Source: Styela clava
Lineage: Eukaryota
Reading direction: 5' to 3'
NCBI RefSeq assembly: GCF_964204865.1
Contig: NC_135252.1
Coordinates: 19,902,001 to 19,966,000 of the forward strand
Length of the DNA: 64,000 nucleotides
The position numbers and the translations under genes are program-made. This document shows positions 32,028-51,302 of the stretch, one piece after another (position 1 is the first letter of the stretch; each line of letters begins with the position of its first letter). Below the pieces are notes generated by a model. It was not told where the DNA came from. It did not search any database and saw only the letters and a list, made by a program, of their open reading frames with translations.

Positions 32028-33699
32028 TAGAGATGTACCGATACCACTTTTGTCGCCGATACCGATACCGATCCGATACCAGCTAAAAACGCCGATACCG
32101 ATACCGATACGCCGATGCTACAAAAAGGCCGATATTCCGATACTGATACTATGTAATTATTACTTAATTAGGTATGCTGTGTAGGGCAGACGGGTTAAAA
32201 AAATGGTCTTTGGGCGTTGTTCATAGTACACATTATTTCAGATCGAAAAAAAATATATATCACATAATATGAAATTATTGTTTGGTATCAATATGCTGTA
32301 ACTGATTAAGATACATCGTACAGTAACGCTAGTAATCTCGGTGTTCAATTAGAAAACTCATAAGCCGGGATGTACAATTTGAATTTAATGTTAATATCGC
32401 GAGCTTCGAATATCGTTATTCGTGTTTAAAAGAATATCGAATATCACCCACACATTCTAGCGCCGCCGTCCTACGTTCAAATTAAAAGCATTTTACAAAT
32501 ATTCTATTTAGTGGCTAATCGTAATCGTCGACGCAATAAGTCGTAAGTAAATATATTTTGAGACAGTCTAGGGCTAGGCGGTCAAGTCAATATATCTATA
32601 AAGAAATCGTGTAGTTAAGCAGAATTAAAATTAATACCTGTGTAGTGGGATAATTGTGTCGGAATTTAGTTTATCGATGTCGACGGACTAAATGACACTC
32701 GTACTTGACGACAAACAGTCTATATAAACAGAATTTATACCCGTGCCAAAAGTCCATGTGCCGTTGACCCTTTCCGTGCGGTGGGCACGAATACGTACCC
32801 ACGACAAAAGTCGCTAGATTGTGGCGGGTACGTTGCTGTACTCCACTGTTTTATTTAGCAATCGGTCGCAAACTGTTGGTCTAGTTTTTCCGGGTTTTAG
32901 TTTATTGATAAGAAGTCTTCTTCGAGATTAACATAAGCGACGGTAAATCTCGCTTTTGTTTAGACGGGAATTTTATTTTCGGCGGAACGAGGGAAATTTA
33001 TGCAAATTTCGGTGTGTTTTTGGGTGGTAATAGAAGACATATTATCCTTTCCATCGACCAAAGTATTTTGAATTGGATCACGAAATTGCTACAGCAATAT
33101 TATGCTATTGTTTGCCAACCACGAAGCGGTAACAGTAAAGGATTTAGCGAACATTTCTATTTTTTTATCACGGTTTGAAGTTTCAACTCTCAAGAAAAAA
33201 AATGCCTTCTTTCTATCCGGTTTGTGACTCAGACCACCCCTTTAAAAAAAACTTTTTTTTACTCGCCAATTGTAAGCTCTTTAAATAAGCTTTCCAACGA
33301 GCCGTCAGTGGGCAGCAGAGGATCATTAGTTTTTTGTTAGTAGATCGATTAGTTGTGGGGGTACAAATGTATAAAATCGGCGTAGCAAATACGATTATTT
33401 AATAAAAAATAAAAATCGCATGGAAAGGGTTAATAAGGAAGGACCCCAATTCCACTGTATGATTTAAAACTGGGCGCCTAGTTGCTTTTTGTTATGTGCT
33501 ATGTTGATATATTTCTTCATAAAAACTATGTAATATTAAAAGTGTCAATATATAAATTTGACAGCGAAAATAGCCAAATTAGTTGAGTTAGTTTAGCTGA
33601 TAAATCTAAGCCTTAATCTAACCGATACCGATACATGGCCGATACCGAAAAAATGGCCGATATTGCCGATACCGATACCGATACATCGGTACATCTCTA
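32028..33699. mobile_element. Non-autonomous hAT element (Ac/Tip100-type termini) with CCGATA subterminal repeats
   Basis: TIR TAGAGATGTACCGAT / ATCGGTACATCTCTA; perfect 8-bp TSD GTACAAAC (32020-27, 33700-07); many CCGATA units at both ends. Confidence 0.92.
32768..33429. mobile_element. piggyBac-like MITE nested in the hAT element
   Basis: TTGA|CCCTTTCCGTGCG ... CGCATGGAAAGGG|TTAA; CCCTT termini with a TTAA-type target (left copy has 1 mismatch). Confidence 0.75.
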
Positions 33700-34769
33700 G
33701 TACAAACTAGGCTTACTAGGGTGATTTAATTAGCATTGAACACTACGTTCGGTAATATTCTCCAGTACAGTTCATAATGTCATTGTATCTGACATATTCT
33801 GTGTATTTGGACCGCTTGGCCTAAAAATATAAATCTCCAGGACCAAACGGCTGATCTTGCTGGTACGTTGATGCATTTAATACAATAGTGAAACATGTTA
33901 ATAGCTCTCAATCAGCATAATGAACTTTTATCAGAGCAATTGTTTGCTTTGTAGATACGTTTACTTAATCAACATGGCAGTAGAGTAAGCAAGACACACG
34001 ATAATTTACTCCGCCCTATTTGCACAACAGCCTGCCATCGTTACATTCTTCATCGCATACAAATACTTATGCATATAATGTATGCTAAAGTACTTCAGTC
34101 CAAGCCAGGTATAAACGAATGTGCAGTGTAGTAGTAGAAAGGGCACATCATATCATTATGAACACTTGTAAAATTTAATATAAACGAACTAGAGTAGCAT
34201 TCTACTCGTGACAAAGAATTGCAGGAAAGAGCGAGGTTTAATCAAATTATAGTTATTCCTCCTTAAATTGGTTTTTCTAACGGGTATAGATTATGTAAAA
34301 ATCTCTATATTTTTAAAAGTTTTTTGTGCATTAAAAGCGTGCAATTTCAATAAATCTAGGTTGCATTGGTGAAAAAAGCACTTTGTCTATAGTACAATAA
34401 AACAATATTAGGACTTACAGAATCTTATTAAATATAACAATATAGAAAATATTTCTAAGCCTGAAATTTCAGATTTGATTATCGAGAGCGGTTTAAACTG
34501 AAAGTTTCACTCTTCTATAATTTAAAAAAAAATCGAGTGGTAAATTTCAAATAGCTGAAGCTACTTTTTATGTTATTCATACACATTCATTGGTTCAGAA
34601 CCAAACTTTGGATATCATTTATTCTTTAACCCTGCTAAAACGCTTAACTCAATTACTTGATTACTTTTTGTAGATAATGATGTATCAACCGTCATTGATT
34701 TACAAATATTTACCAACTTGTTTTTTTTTTAATATGTTTTTTTCAAGTTTTGTAAATTAAAAATATCCA

Positions 34770-41291
<6,522 letters not shown>

Positions 41292-41776
41292 AACTGATAT
41301 CAATTAACTTCAATTATATGTTATAATCAACTTCAGTTATTAATTATATATCAAATTAAACGTTAAAAACATATAAATTAAGTTGTAAAGTGTGTCGTAG
41401 TGTATATTAGATTGATTCTTACATACAAATTTGTTTAATTTGCTGCAAGATTATATTATAAGACAGTTCAATATTTATAGTTATTGTATACTTTGTAGAA
41501 GTCAATAAAATAACATAAAAAATGAAAATAAATAATATAATAATCAGATTGAGAGAAGAGATAAAAACAATTAGATTTGCTTACTTGCTAAATTTCAAAT
41601 CAAATAGATCGTAAGAATAAAGCAACCTGATTACCAAACATAAATTTAGCTAGTTCTTTATAAAAATTCTAACCAATCACAGTACATGAATATTTTAACT
41701 GTTTGAATGAAACTAAAATTTACAACAATTAGGATCTCTGAGTGTGCTCTTGATTAAATCAGATTTTTGTTATACA

Positions 41777-41980
41777 CAGAGTGTCCATAAAGTCTTAATA
41801 AATTTTAAAATTGCAAAGAAATTTATCGATAACATATATTGTTTTGGCTCTCACAGATGTATTAAATAAATTATAAATACATAAACACTAATTGATTAAT
41901 ATACAACAAACCTGGTTAATATATATTGAAAACTGACGTCATAACAAAATTGAAATTGTAAACAGACTTTATGAACCCTG
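41777..41980. mobile_element. Small Tc1/mariner-like MITE
   Basis: CAGAGTGTCCATAAAGTC ... GACTTTATGAACCCTG|TA; imperfect TIR, left TA not intact. Confidence 0.55.
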
Positions 41981-44087
41981 TACTGAAATAGCGTCTCTGC
42001 TTGTGAATGTATATACTACAAGATTTAAAAATGAATATTTATAGCTTTTAGCACACTGATCTATCTTCATGAAATCATGAATATATTAACTTTAGAAAAT
42101 TCTGATTGAAGTTTGATCATTCAAGTGAGAAAATATGAAATGACAACATTTTTTTACTTAGCCACAACCGTATATAGCCTTATCGTTCTGTATGTTTTCG
42201 AGAAATCTGCTAACGACTGTTCTCTATATGAGTCGCCTATTCACTATAACAATATATATATTCATCTCTGACATTTGACTAAGCAGCTTCGGTTTTAAAC
42301 AACAAGAAAGCATAATTATGCCTAATTTCATTCAATAATTCAATTAGGTCGATAATTGCCAAATTTTTGGGTTTTCTGTTCGATAACATTTCTTTGAATT
42401 ACTCATAAAATAAACCTCAATCTGCCAATAAAATTTCTCAAATCCAATTTTATGATTGAAATTACATTCAAAATGAACTCAAGCTTATTTATTTACAGTG
42501 ATATAGCTACCACTGTATGAATAAAAAAGCTCGTTGGTAATGCAGATGAATGTAATTCAGAAGACATAGTGTGATGTGTATTATTAAATATTCAACCTGA
42601 ATCTTTATACTCAAAAATAAAAAGAATAGAATGAGAAATTCCTTTTACTTATAAAATAATATTGTACTTTATTATTAGAGCTAGAGCTTGATTGTGCTTT
42701 TTCTTCAGTAACAAACCTGGCATCTAATTAATGTTTGCAAATATATGAATATTGTTAATTGTATATGCAACTATCTATGGGATCCCATTCTATCGTAATA
42801 TTTTCCCTTATGGACTGACTGTAAACCTTCCTTGTATAGGTAATGATTTTTAGAATAAAACTTTTGCCTAGGAATTTTTACATTCAAGCATTATACTTTT
42901 GGTTATTGACTAAGCGCGAATAAGATATTTTTGGAAAAAATGTAACCGCTTTTTACCCACAAAATTTATGGGTCGTCACTTTCCAGAGTTTGAAATGTAT
43001 ATTGGAAATTAGAGTTGCAAAGATCCATTGCTTGATAGTTTATGAAATAAAATTCAATCTACTTTACCATGAGAATTTTAAGCTTTCACAGTTTTTGCCG
43101 AATATCTTGATTTTAACAAAATCGGTATGAGTGATTATTAAACTAGTATATTAATTTGAATATTTTATTAATGTATATTCGAAAATATTTGTGAAACCAA
43201 TTTCCATCTCCGGTAATAAATATAATAATTACATCAATCCCTCATTTATGTCTGCATTAATGTGAGGGGTCGCATTTTTGTATATGGACCGTATGGATAT
43301 AACAGCGCTATACATGTCAAGTTGTTTACTATAGTAATAGTCATAGAAAATAGTGAAGAATATATTAATAATGTACTAAAGTAGTGTTATTTCAAACAAA
43401 TGAAGTAACTTGCCTTTATTGTCCAAAATATTACACGTAATTTATACGGCATGATATTCTCTATTAAAAATTATTATAATTCCAACTATGTTTATAATTT
43501 TTACCTTTTATTAAATTGAGTTCTTAGAAATTGCACAAAGTTTACGCACAAGACTTATCTGCCATCTATATCTTGTCCTATACGTAGGCACATAAATATC
43601 TCGTAATTTTTGACATATTTTAACATCAAAGATGAAACAATGATTTTTAGTGTTGCAATTTATACAACAAACATTACCTCAACTTGTTTGTTATTACCGA
43701 AGCATGAGTGAACGTTTGAAAAAATATTGTTTAACTAGGGATTTCGCAGTTATTCGAAATAATACTACACAAAACTATCACACGATCCGTTCATTACAAT
43801 CAGTAAAACTATTTATTGAATGAAATGCTTTATTGCCCAAGAAAACAAAAAATACACGGAGATATAAAATGGTGTATGAGAGTTTTATACTTAGTCTACG
43901 TCGTTAACTTTGGGTTTTTGTTTCATTGTCCCTTGATAACCTCTCATCTAAAACAATCTTTTATGTTCTATATACCAAGCATTTTAAATTTTCTCGATAA
44001 ACCGAAACTTGTTCTTTTTGTTTAGAAATAAAAATGCATTAAATAGATCAAAATCTTGAAATTATATTATATTACCAGTCTATAGAT

Positions 44088-46238
44088 CAGTCATTCTCAT
44101 ACTAGGCTTTGATAGCCGCATGCGGCTCTTAACAACCTTTCCAGCGGCTCTAGTTGATGCTTTAAAAATCAATTACTTTCGGAGAAACTTTTTCATTGAA
44201 AACTAATCATTGACTTGAAATTAAAATGCTATTAGTTAGTCTATTAGTTAGTCGATTGGATTCCGCCATGTTTATTTGCGTAACGTTGACTAACTTATCT
44301 GCAAGATGCAATAGTGACGCCACAGTACGCGTTTCCGCACTCACTTGGACACTTTTCGCTTGGAGAGATTTTAGACATGGCTCACTTTCGTGGATTTGTT
44401 TTTGTCGCATTTCCAAATATTATGTATAAATCGAATAAATCAATGATTATTTTAATTTCTGGAGCATTTTAATTTCGTTTCAGTAATTAGAATAGAAATC
44501 AAAGCCAAATTAAATGGCTGTTAGTCTGGGGTGGGCAAAATCGAATATTTTTTCGAATCGAATGATTCGAATATTTTTAACGAATACCGAATAGTCGAAT
44601 AATGAATACTTTTATACATAACAGGGATCCAGAACGTCGGAGGTCGATACTCCCTTTGAAAATTAATAGAAATATTGAAAAGTCGGCAATAAAGCGTTTT
44701 TTTATACAGAGTAATGGTTAATTTCATCATATTATCGAAGTTTTATATTTCTAGTATACCCGTGCGTTCACATCAGCAACAGTTGTTGAAGACATTAAGG
44801 GATGATTTCAAAACCAAAATAATTTTATTCTCAGTTTTATCCTCTGTATTGGCTTTGATCTTACTTATCACCGCTTGTAAATTAACCGTGACTATTTAAA
44901 GTGAACGGTAACCGAGATGCACATATTTATTAAAATTCTAATTGAGTTCCTCACGCTTTTCTGTGGTGTTCGTGTTATTTTAGTATTAAATTGATGAACC
45001 TCGCAAATTTGCGATTGCGTGAATCCTGAATGTTGATTTAAACTAGCGATTAGATAAATTGGCCATATAGGCATTTCTAGACCTGTGTGCCTGATGAGGG
45101 TCAGACGCTAATTATAACTAATTCCTTCATGTTTTAACGCCCCGACGGGTATTATAGCTAAAATAGTTACTGAGTAATGCTCAATTTTAATCACGGAATT
45201 TGGTACTCAAACTCAGCACTTCACTTATTGATTTTGAAAAGGTCATGCCTTAATTATTACAGCCCAAATGTTTCAAAATTTAACACTTATAATCATTTTC
45301 GATGATAATAGACGCAACAATTCGTGAACGAGTCAGTGTGCATTGTTACAACAAAATTCACGATTGATTTTACGTTCTACTCTTGGCTCCACGCCCATGC
45401 ATGGTCGAGTAAAATGTTTACATATTCGAAACTCACTTGGCCAAGGATGGAAGAGATCACTGTAGAGCTAATACAAAGTGCTTTAAAAAGGTAGCACATG
45501 ACATTTTCTGTCTGGTTACAACTTAATGAGTGTTTTTCATACAAGTAACTCATACCAGCTTTTGGAAGAACTTTTGCTAGTCATTTTTAAATCCATGTTA
45601 TTTATATAACTCGAGTTTTCTAAGGATCCAAAATCACATTTTTCACAATGAAACGCCGAAAAGTCATTATAACGTCATTCAATTTTAATCAATTTTATGT
45701 TCGAGTCATGCAAGAAATGTCACCAAACATGCGGAGTTTAAAATGTGGAAAATTTATTACAAATACTTAATCTGGTTCGACGTTTGTAACTTTACGGAAC
45801 GGTCGGTACGTTTTTTTTTTGCAAAATATAGAATTGAAACGATACGTTAAGTGCAAAGAAAAGCACATAACAACCACAACGCAAAGACAACGACTTTTTA
45901 AATTTGTCGTTTTTTTTTTGATAGCAAGTGCCGTGGGGAAATTTTGCACAATTCACGATTGAGTTGGAGACTCGCGAGTTTGGTGTCCAAGCAGAGCGGC
46001 GCAGGTCACGTGGTACCGGATATTCGAATAGTAAAATGCCATTCGAATATTTTATCATTCGATCGTTATTCAAATATTTTGCTCAGCCCTAGTTGTTACG
46101 TGTGTTGTTGTTAAGATGACTTGGTATTTTAAATACGTGCTTAAGTTTGGTTGCTATTTTAACTTGCCTTGTTTGTGTGCGCTCTTCACAACATGTTCAA
46201 AATTTGGCTGTGGGACTAGAAAAGTTTGAGAACCACTG
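44088..46238. mobile_element. Decayed hAT/Charlie-like MITE with a nested hAT element (~44527-46091, TCGAATA subterminal repeats)
   Basis: Outer element CAGTCATTCTCA ... TGAGAACCACTG with TSD ctatagat/ctgtaaat (6/8) and internal gccgcatgcggctc. Inner element tggggtgggcaaaat ... attttgctcagcccta with repeated cgaata/tattcg. Confidence 0.65.
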
Positions 46239-49200
46239 CTGTAAATCATTCAGGAGCATTTTGTTTTACATTTTTATTGTGTCTTTATTAATGTCTTGTT
46301 TTATATATTTAATGAGTTGAAAATGTATAGAGTTAATCAAATGTATAAAGTTGGTCAAATTAATTCCATGATCTAAAGTATCATTCAAAAATTTTGTAAA
46401 TAAAAATTAAAAAAAATTAAAGCAATGTGTTTCCCGCTTTGAATTTTTGTTAATGATTGTAAAATATTGACAATGATATTTAGGTAGATAGTACAAACAA
46501 AGGACACCTATAGCAAGGCGGGATTAAAATGTCATTGGGGATCATATAATCCGTCAGTATACCAGTTGCTAGTTTTTTATCTGTCTGCGCCATTTTCTGA
46601 TTTCACCGAGATTTGAGTCACAAAATTTACGTAAAACAAGATTATTACATTTTTTTATTGAAATTTTGACTTGTTATGGATCAGAAATATTACACGGAAT
46701 GTACGTTGTTATAAAAATAACTTAATCTCTACGGCATTTTATTAATTCTTTACATTAATCATAAATAAATATTCTGACAACATATCTATTTTGGATCTTG
46801 ATTATTCAAGACTATTTGTTGTTAGTTAATTAAGATACGCCCTTGTTATGAAGCACCAAATCATTAATGAACTATTACGTATACTCTGATCATAAATGAC
46901 ACGCCATTTTGTTTTATATACTAAAAAGCTCACGTAACATATTTTTGAAAAGCATTAGAAACAATTAATATATTTTTACTTTATTTTTTGTAAATTAGTA
47001 TTCTGTTTGAATTTTGATGATGCATTAATGATACCGTAGCTTACGACAGTGGCTTGTTTTACATTTCATCAATTTATCTTTGCATTGAGTTATTCAATAA
47101 CTAAATATATCACTTACAATGTAGATTTTTTTGTTTTGTTTTAGAAGAACGTGTTTTATTGTTTAAAGATTTGGTTTGATGTGTTGCTTCATGCAGGCAT
47201 ATCGCTATTCTCTGTTATCGAAATAAATTTACCAGGTCAATGAGTCATAAGAGATGAGAGATTATTATGGTGTCGTATTTCATAGCTCAATAAATTATTG
47301 TTGTGTTTGTAAGATATCACGGAAAGCAGGTGTATATGATTAAGAATCGAATTACAGCAATTCAAGATAAACTTCCAAGAAGAGTACATTTGTTTCGTTC
47401 CCGACTAAACATTTGATTCGCAAGATGTAGGTTGTGCAGTGACCATAAATAAGTCATTGGCATTTTCATGCTTTGAAATTTTCAATTTAATTCTGCTTCA
47501 ATGATTTAAAACATTGGCACAGAATTTTGCTAATTATTGCATATTAAATTATCTAGGTGTAAGAAGAGGCTTGATAACTTGCGTTAATTTGTTATTACTT
47601 CCGATATATATTCGCTGATTTTCATTCAATACATGAATAAAAAAAAATGTAAATTGAACTGAAAATTTCGTAAATTTATTCTCATGAGAGTGAGAATCGC
47701 AATCATCTATTTTCAAGTAAACAAATTTCCTATCAAGTAAATGGCCAAGTTAGCAGTCGTGGGGAAAAGATGCAGTGGCATTAACAAGTATTTACCTAGC
47801 TTTTACCAGATTCTGTTTGATGCGATATGGACAGGAGAAATAAACATTAAACTACTAACCGAATTCTTTAGTAACGTATCCGCATATTTGGTTTATATCT
47901 AGACCTTATTTTGGTTTTACTAAAGGTTGTGAAAATGTCAAAGATATGAGATATGATTTCTCGAAATTCAAAACGAACAAACATACTTTGACCATATTGA
48001 ATTTCATTTATTTTGCGCCCTCATATATAGCAACCATAAGTGACGCCGCTCAATATTGTATGATGAAAATTTTGGACTACACTTTCTAAATTAAAAAAAA
48101 TATATATCCCAATACTATGTGCTCTGTCTTAAACTATAGAGTTTTCTGAGTTTTTGTTCATCTGATAATCCAGCAGAAAGCCAGAATAAGCTTAATCCCG
48201 CCACTTCGGCAGATTTAGTCATTTATTTAATTTGATGCATTCCAACATTGAAGACGGACTAACGAGAGACGATAAAACTTGCTTGCTGAGACCATTGCCC
48301 AGATAGGTTTACGCATTCTACAAAGTATTAAAAAAATCGTTTATACGGTGGATCCCGTGTTTGATTCAAGAATAGGATCATTACCTGCGAGAGGATTGCT
48401 GTACTGCGCAATTCCCGTTATTACTAATATGATCCTACTTTTGTCTAAATCCATAAATACGTGTTGCTGTATACATTTTCGGTGCGCTAGGTAACTAGAT
48501 TACTCGGTGCGCCATTGTCAGACACTAGTAGCAGGCAGAAGGTCCCTGTTTGTTTACGAAACTAATAGGTTTTTAGTTTTCCATTCCTCCAAAACATCCA
48601 CCCTAAATATACGTTTAAAAATCACACTCGATTTTTTGCATAATATATTTAGGTAACTTCAGGGGAGAAATTCCGTTTAATATGAGAAAATGTAATTCTG
48701 GTTAATATATAAATTCATCCATCCAGTTTGTCTCCACCATCTTTAAGCCCCTAAAATATAAATATCATAATTTAAACATTGTTATATAAAAGTAATAAAT
48801 TTATAGATAAAGTAATTAGCAATAGATAATTAGATAAGTAACACGAAATGAACGGAAAAGATTATATCATACCATTGCCTTCTTTGCACATAGGCTTATA
48901 TAAGTTTAGACAAGTGTATCTGTGTTTTCTAGTTAATTTGATTAATAATCTTAAAATTATTTAAACTATTTCAATGGAGTACATTTAAAAAATTTAAATT
49001 GTGGAGTTGATAATACCTAATGTAGCCCACACGATTTTGTAAGATAAGAATTAAAGTTACACCCATGATGCTGTATTAGGGCAAATTGCATATTTCATCT
49101 CCTAATTTGAAATATATTTTTTCGTATGCCGAATCCGATTGAAATTATACCCAATAAAATCAATTTACATTTGATGAGTAATATAAGTGTTTTTCTTATT

Positions 49201-50057
49201 ATTCTGTCAATTAAATTTATTTTAATGTTATTAATTAAGGCTTAGAAAATAGGAAAAATTTTGCGTTTAGGCAAAAAAATTATTTTTTTTGAATTATTGA
49301 GTTCTTGGTATCTGTAAACGTCAAATAAGCGCAGTGTTTTTTATCATAAAATTTATGTTATTATTATGAACCAATATTGAAATATTATCTGAGAGTCAGA
49401 TCCGGAGTAGAAATCGGACTCAAGTATTGGCTTTTTTATGGTTTGAATCGGAGTCGTATCGACAAACGCTCCAGTGTCGGAACTCGAGGTCGGTGTCAGA
49501 ATTTTATATTTTTCAAAGTCCAGGACAGGTCAAAAAAACAGTTTAAAAATCTCTACAGTACTCAATAGGCATCAACTTGACTTGGCATTCTTAACAGTAT
49601 ATTAAAGTATAGGCTTGCGTAATCAAAATTTTTGTCATCAAAATTTTCTCGGAGTTCGAAGTCGTGGTCAAAATTTTTTACAAGTCGGGAGTTTCAGACT
49701 AAAGTGAATTTTTCCCGACTTAACTTACGCACCTGACCAGTGAGTTGTATAAAACGCTACAGGAAACATTTCTGGGAAAAACAACAATAACCTTTGATAC
49801 GATTACGGCTCCCTCCACTATCAAGTCCAGGAATTTGAAATAAATACCTGGCTAAGTAATCCCATACTCGACATGAATTGGTAACCGAACGAGAGGCCGT
49901 TGTTCGCCCTATAAAGAAAACATCTTATCGGCTTCCCTTCTCCCCCGGAATGAATATGTAAATCATATCCTATTTACTACAAATATATTCTCAAGTTGGA
50001 ATGCTTGAATAGACAAAAAAAATAAAATATTAATAATATAATATTGATCCTACTCTT

Positions 50058-51302
50058 TTATTGTGCGTCTCGCATGTCCGCTTCGAAAGCTTTCACGAAG
50101 TCTTCCAGCTCAGCAAGGTCCTGTGTATAAAAATCACGATTGAACGATAGCTTGTCGAATTATTGATAACGTCGACACAAGTACAGTTTATTTTATAACC
50201 ATGGTCAGATCAATTAAATTCCTAAAACAAATTTTGCTAGACACCTATTATGGGGTTTTTAGTCATCAAACATTTCTTTATGCAACTCCAAGTTACTTTT
50301 TTGAAAGTTTTTTTGTTTTCATGGCTCGTGATTCCACATATTCGATATCATGACTACAACTTAACATTTTGATAAGAGTTAGTGTTGACACTTTCCACAT
50401 TAATTCGTTTTCAATTAACAATATTTTTTGTCAAAGGATGGCTGATTCAGATTATGCTTTTATACTATTGTAGTATCATTTACAAAGTTGAGTCTTGTTT
50501 TTGCTGAGAATAAATTATACTTAAAACACATAAATTATCATAAGATATTAAAAGGCAATAGTGCAAATTTACCGCGTCTCCGTAAGATGTTAAGCGCCCA
50601 TGTAGGATTCCCCTGTGTAGTATAAAAATATTTTTTATTAAATCAATCAAAAGATTAATGTAGTACAACTCAACAATTTTTCATTCATTGATAATTCATG
50701 GATGCCTAGTTGTGAAACACTAATCAGAATAAAATAGGAATACCACAAACGACGCTGCAAAGACAGTAATTAATTGTTTAAGGTAGTGTGGTTGTTTATG
50801 ATTTATTTTTGTATGTTGCACAGGTTAGAGAAACACAGGTTAGTAATAAATTATCTGCTATTAATATTCTTGTAATATTTCAGCACAATTATCTATAAAC
50901 AGTTTTTATTATAAACAATTTCTTAATGTATTCATATTTGTTTTTTATCACTAATTTAAAGGCATTCAATTATTTCAAAACACTACATTGCCATTTTTAT
51001 TTATAAACAAGTTTTGACTGAAAAACGGATTATTTATTATGTTTCACCTTTCCAATTTTCCCATGTTTAAATGTACATATGTTTTGATTGGAATGAAACA
51101 AAAAAATAATTTTTTTGAATAAATCTTACCATAGTTTCCAATACAGGTTGATGATGTAGTTTGAGTATGTATGGAGGGTAGTAGCATAACTGTTGAACGG
51201 GGATAGCATTGAGAGCAGGGAATTTGTTGTGTAATAGTATGCACCGTGACACTGCTGTGCCAGAAGCACAACAAGAATCGCTAAAGCTGCGTTGACTTTC
51301 AT
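50058..51302 (-). CDS. 91-aa secreted prepropeptide with styelin-like architecture (signal peptide, Tyr/Trp-rich core, G, acidic C-terminal extension)
   Basis: Coding exons 51302-51130, 50612-50573, 50120-50058 (GT-AG, 276 nt) give MKVNAALAILVVLLAQQCHG|AYYYTTNSLLSMLSPFNSYATTLHTYSNYIINLYWKLWGILHGRLTSY|GDADLAELEDFVKAFEADMRDAQ*. An acceptor lies 1 nt before the ATG, a candidate non-coding exon ends at donor GTAAGT (~51782), and AATAAA overlaps the stop. Confidence 0.8.

Larger units (their letters stand above)
22750..34320. repeat. Old inverted duplication spanning the HSP70 intergenic region
   Basis: Colinear inverted homology: ~22750-22901 with 34320-34185; 24549-24900 with 34190-33830; 25290-25880 with 32027-31440; 26030-26160 with 31370-31240. 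Example: gtacctgttttcaaatttgaggcgaac vs revcomp of gctcgccacaaatttaaaaacgggtac. Confidence 0.8.

Noticed and set aside
32028-32150. CCGATA repeat arrays (also the 73-bp and 30-bp repeats) as CRISPR-like arrays
   Set aside because: No constant-repeat/unique-spacer periodicity and no cas genes; these are transposon subterminal repeats or simple duplications in eukaryotic DNA.
47340-48560. Possible exons and the 71-aa ORF at 48279
   Set aside because: Could not assemble an open spliced frame or recognise a product.
49385-49740. GGAGTC-repeat region resembling a decayed MITE
   Set aside because: Termini and TSD not definable.
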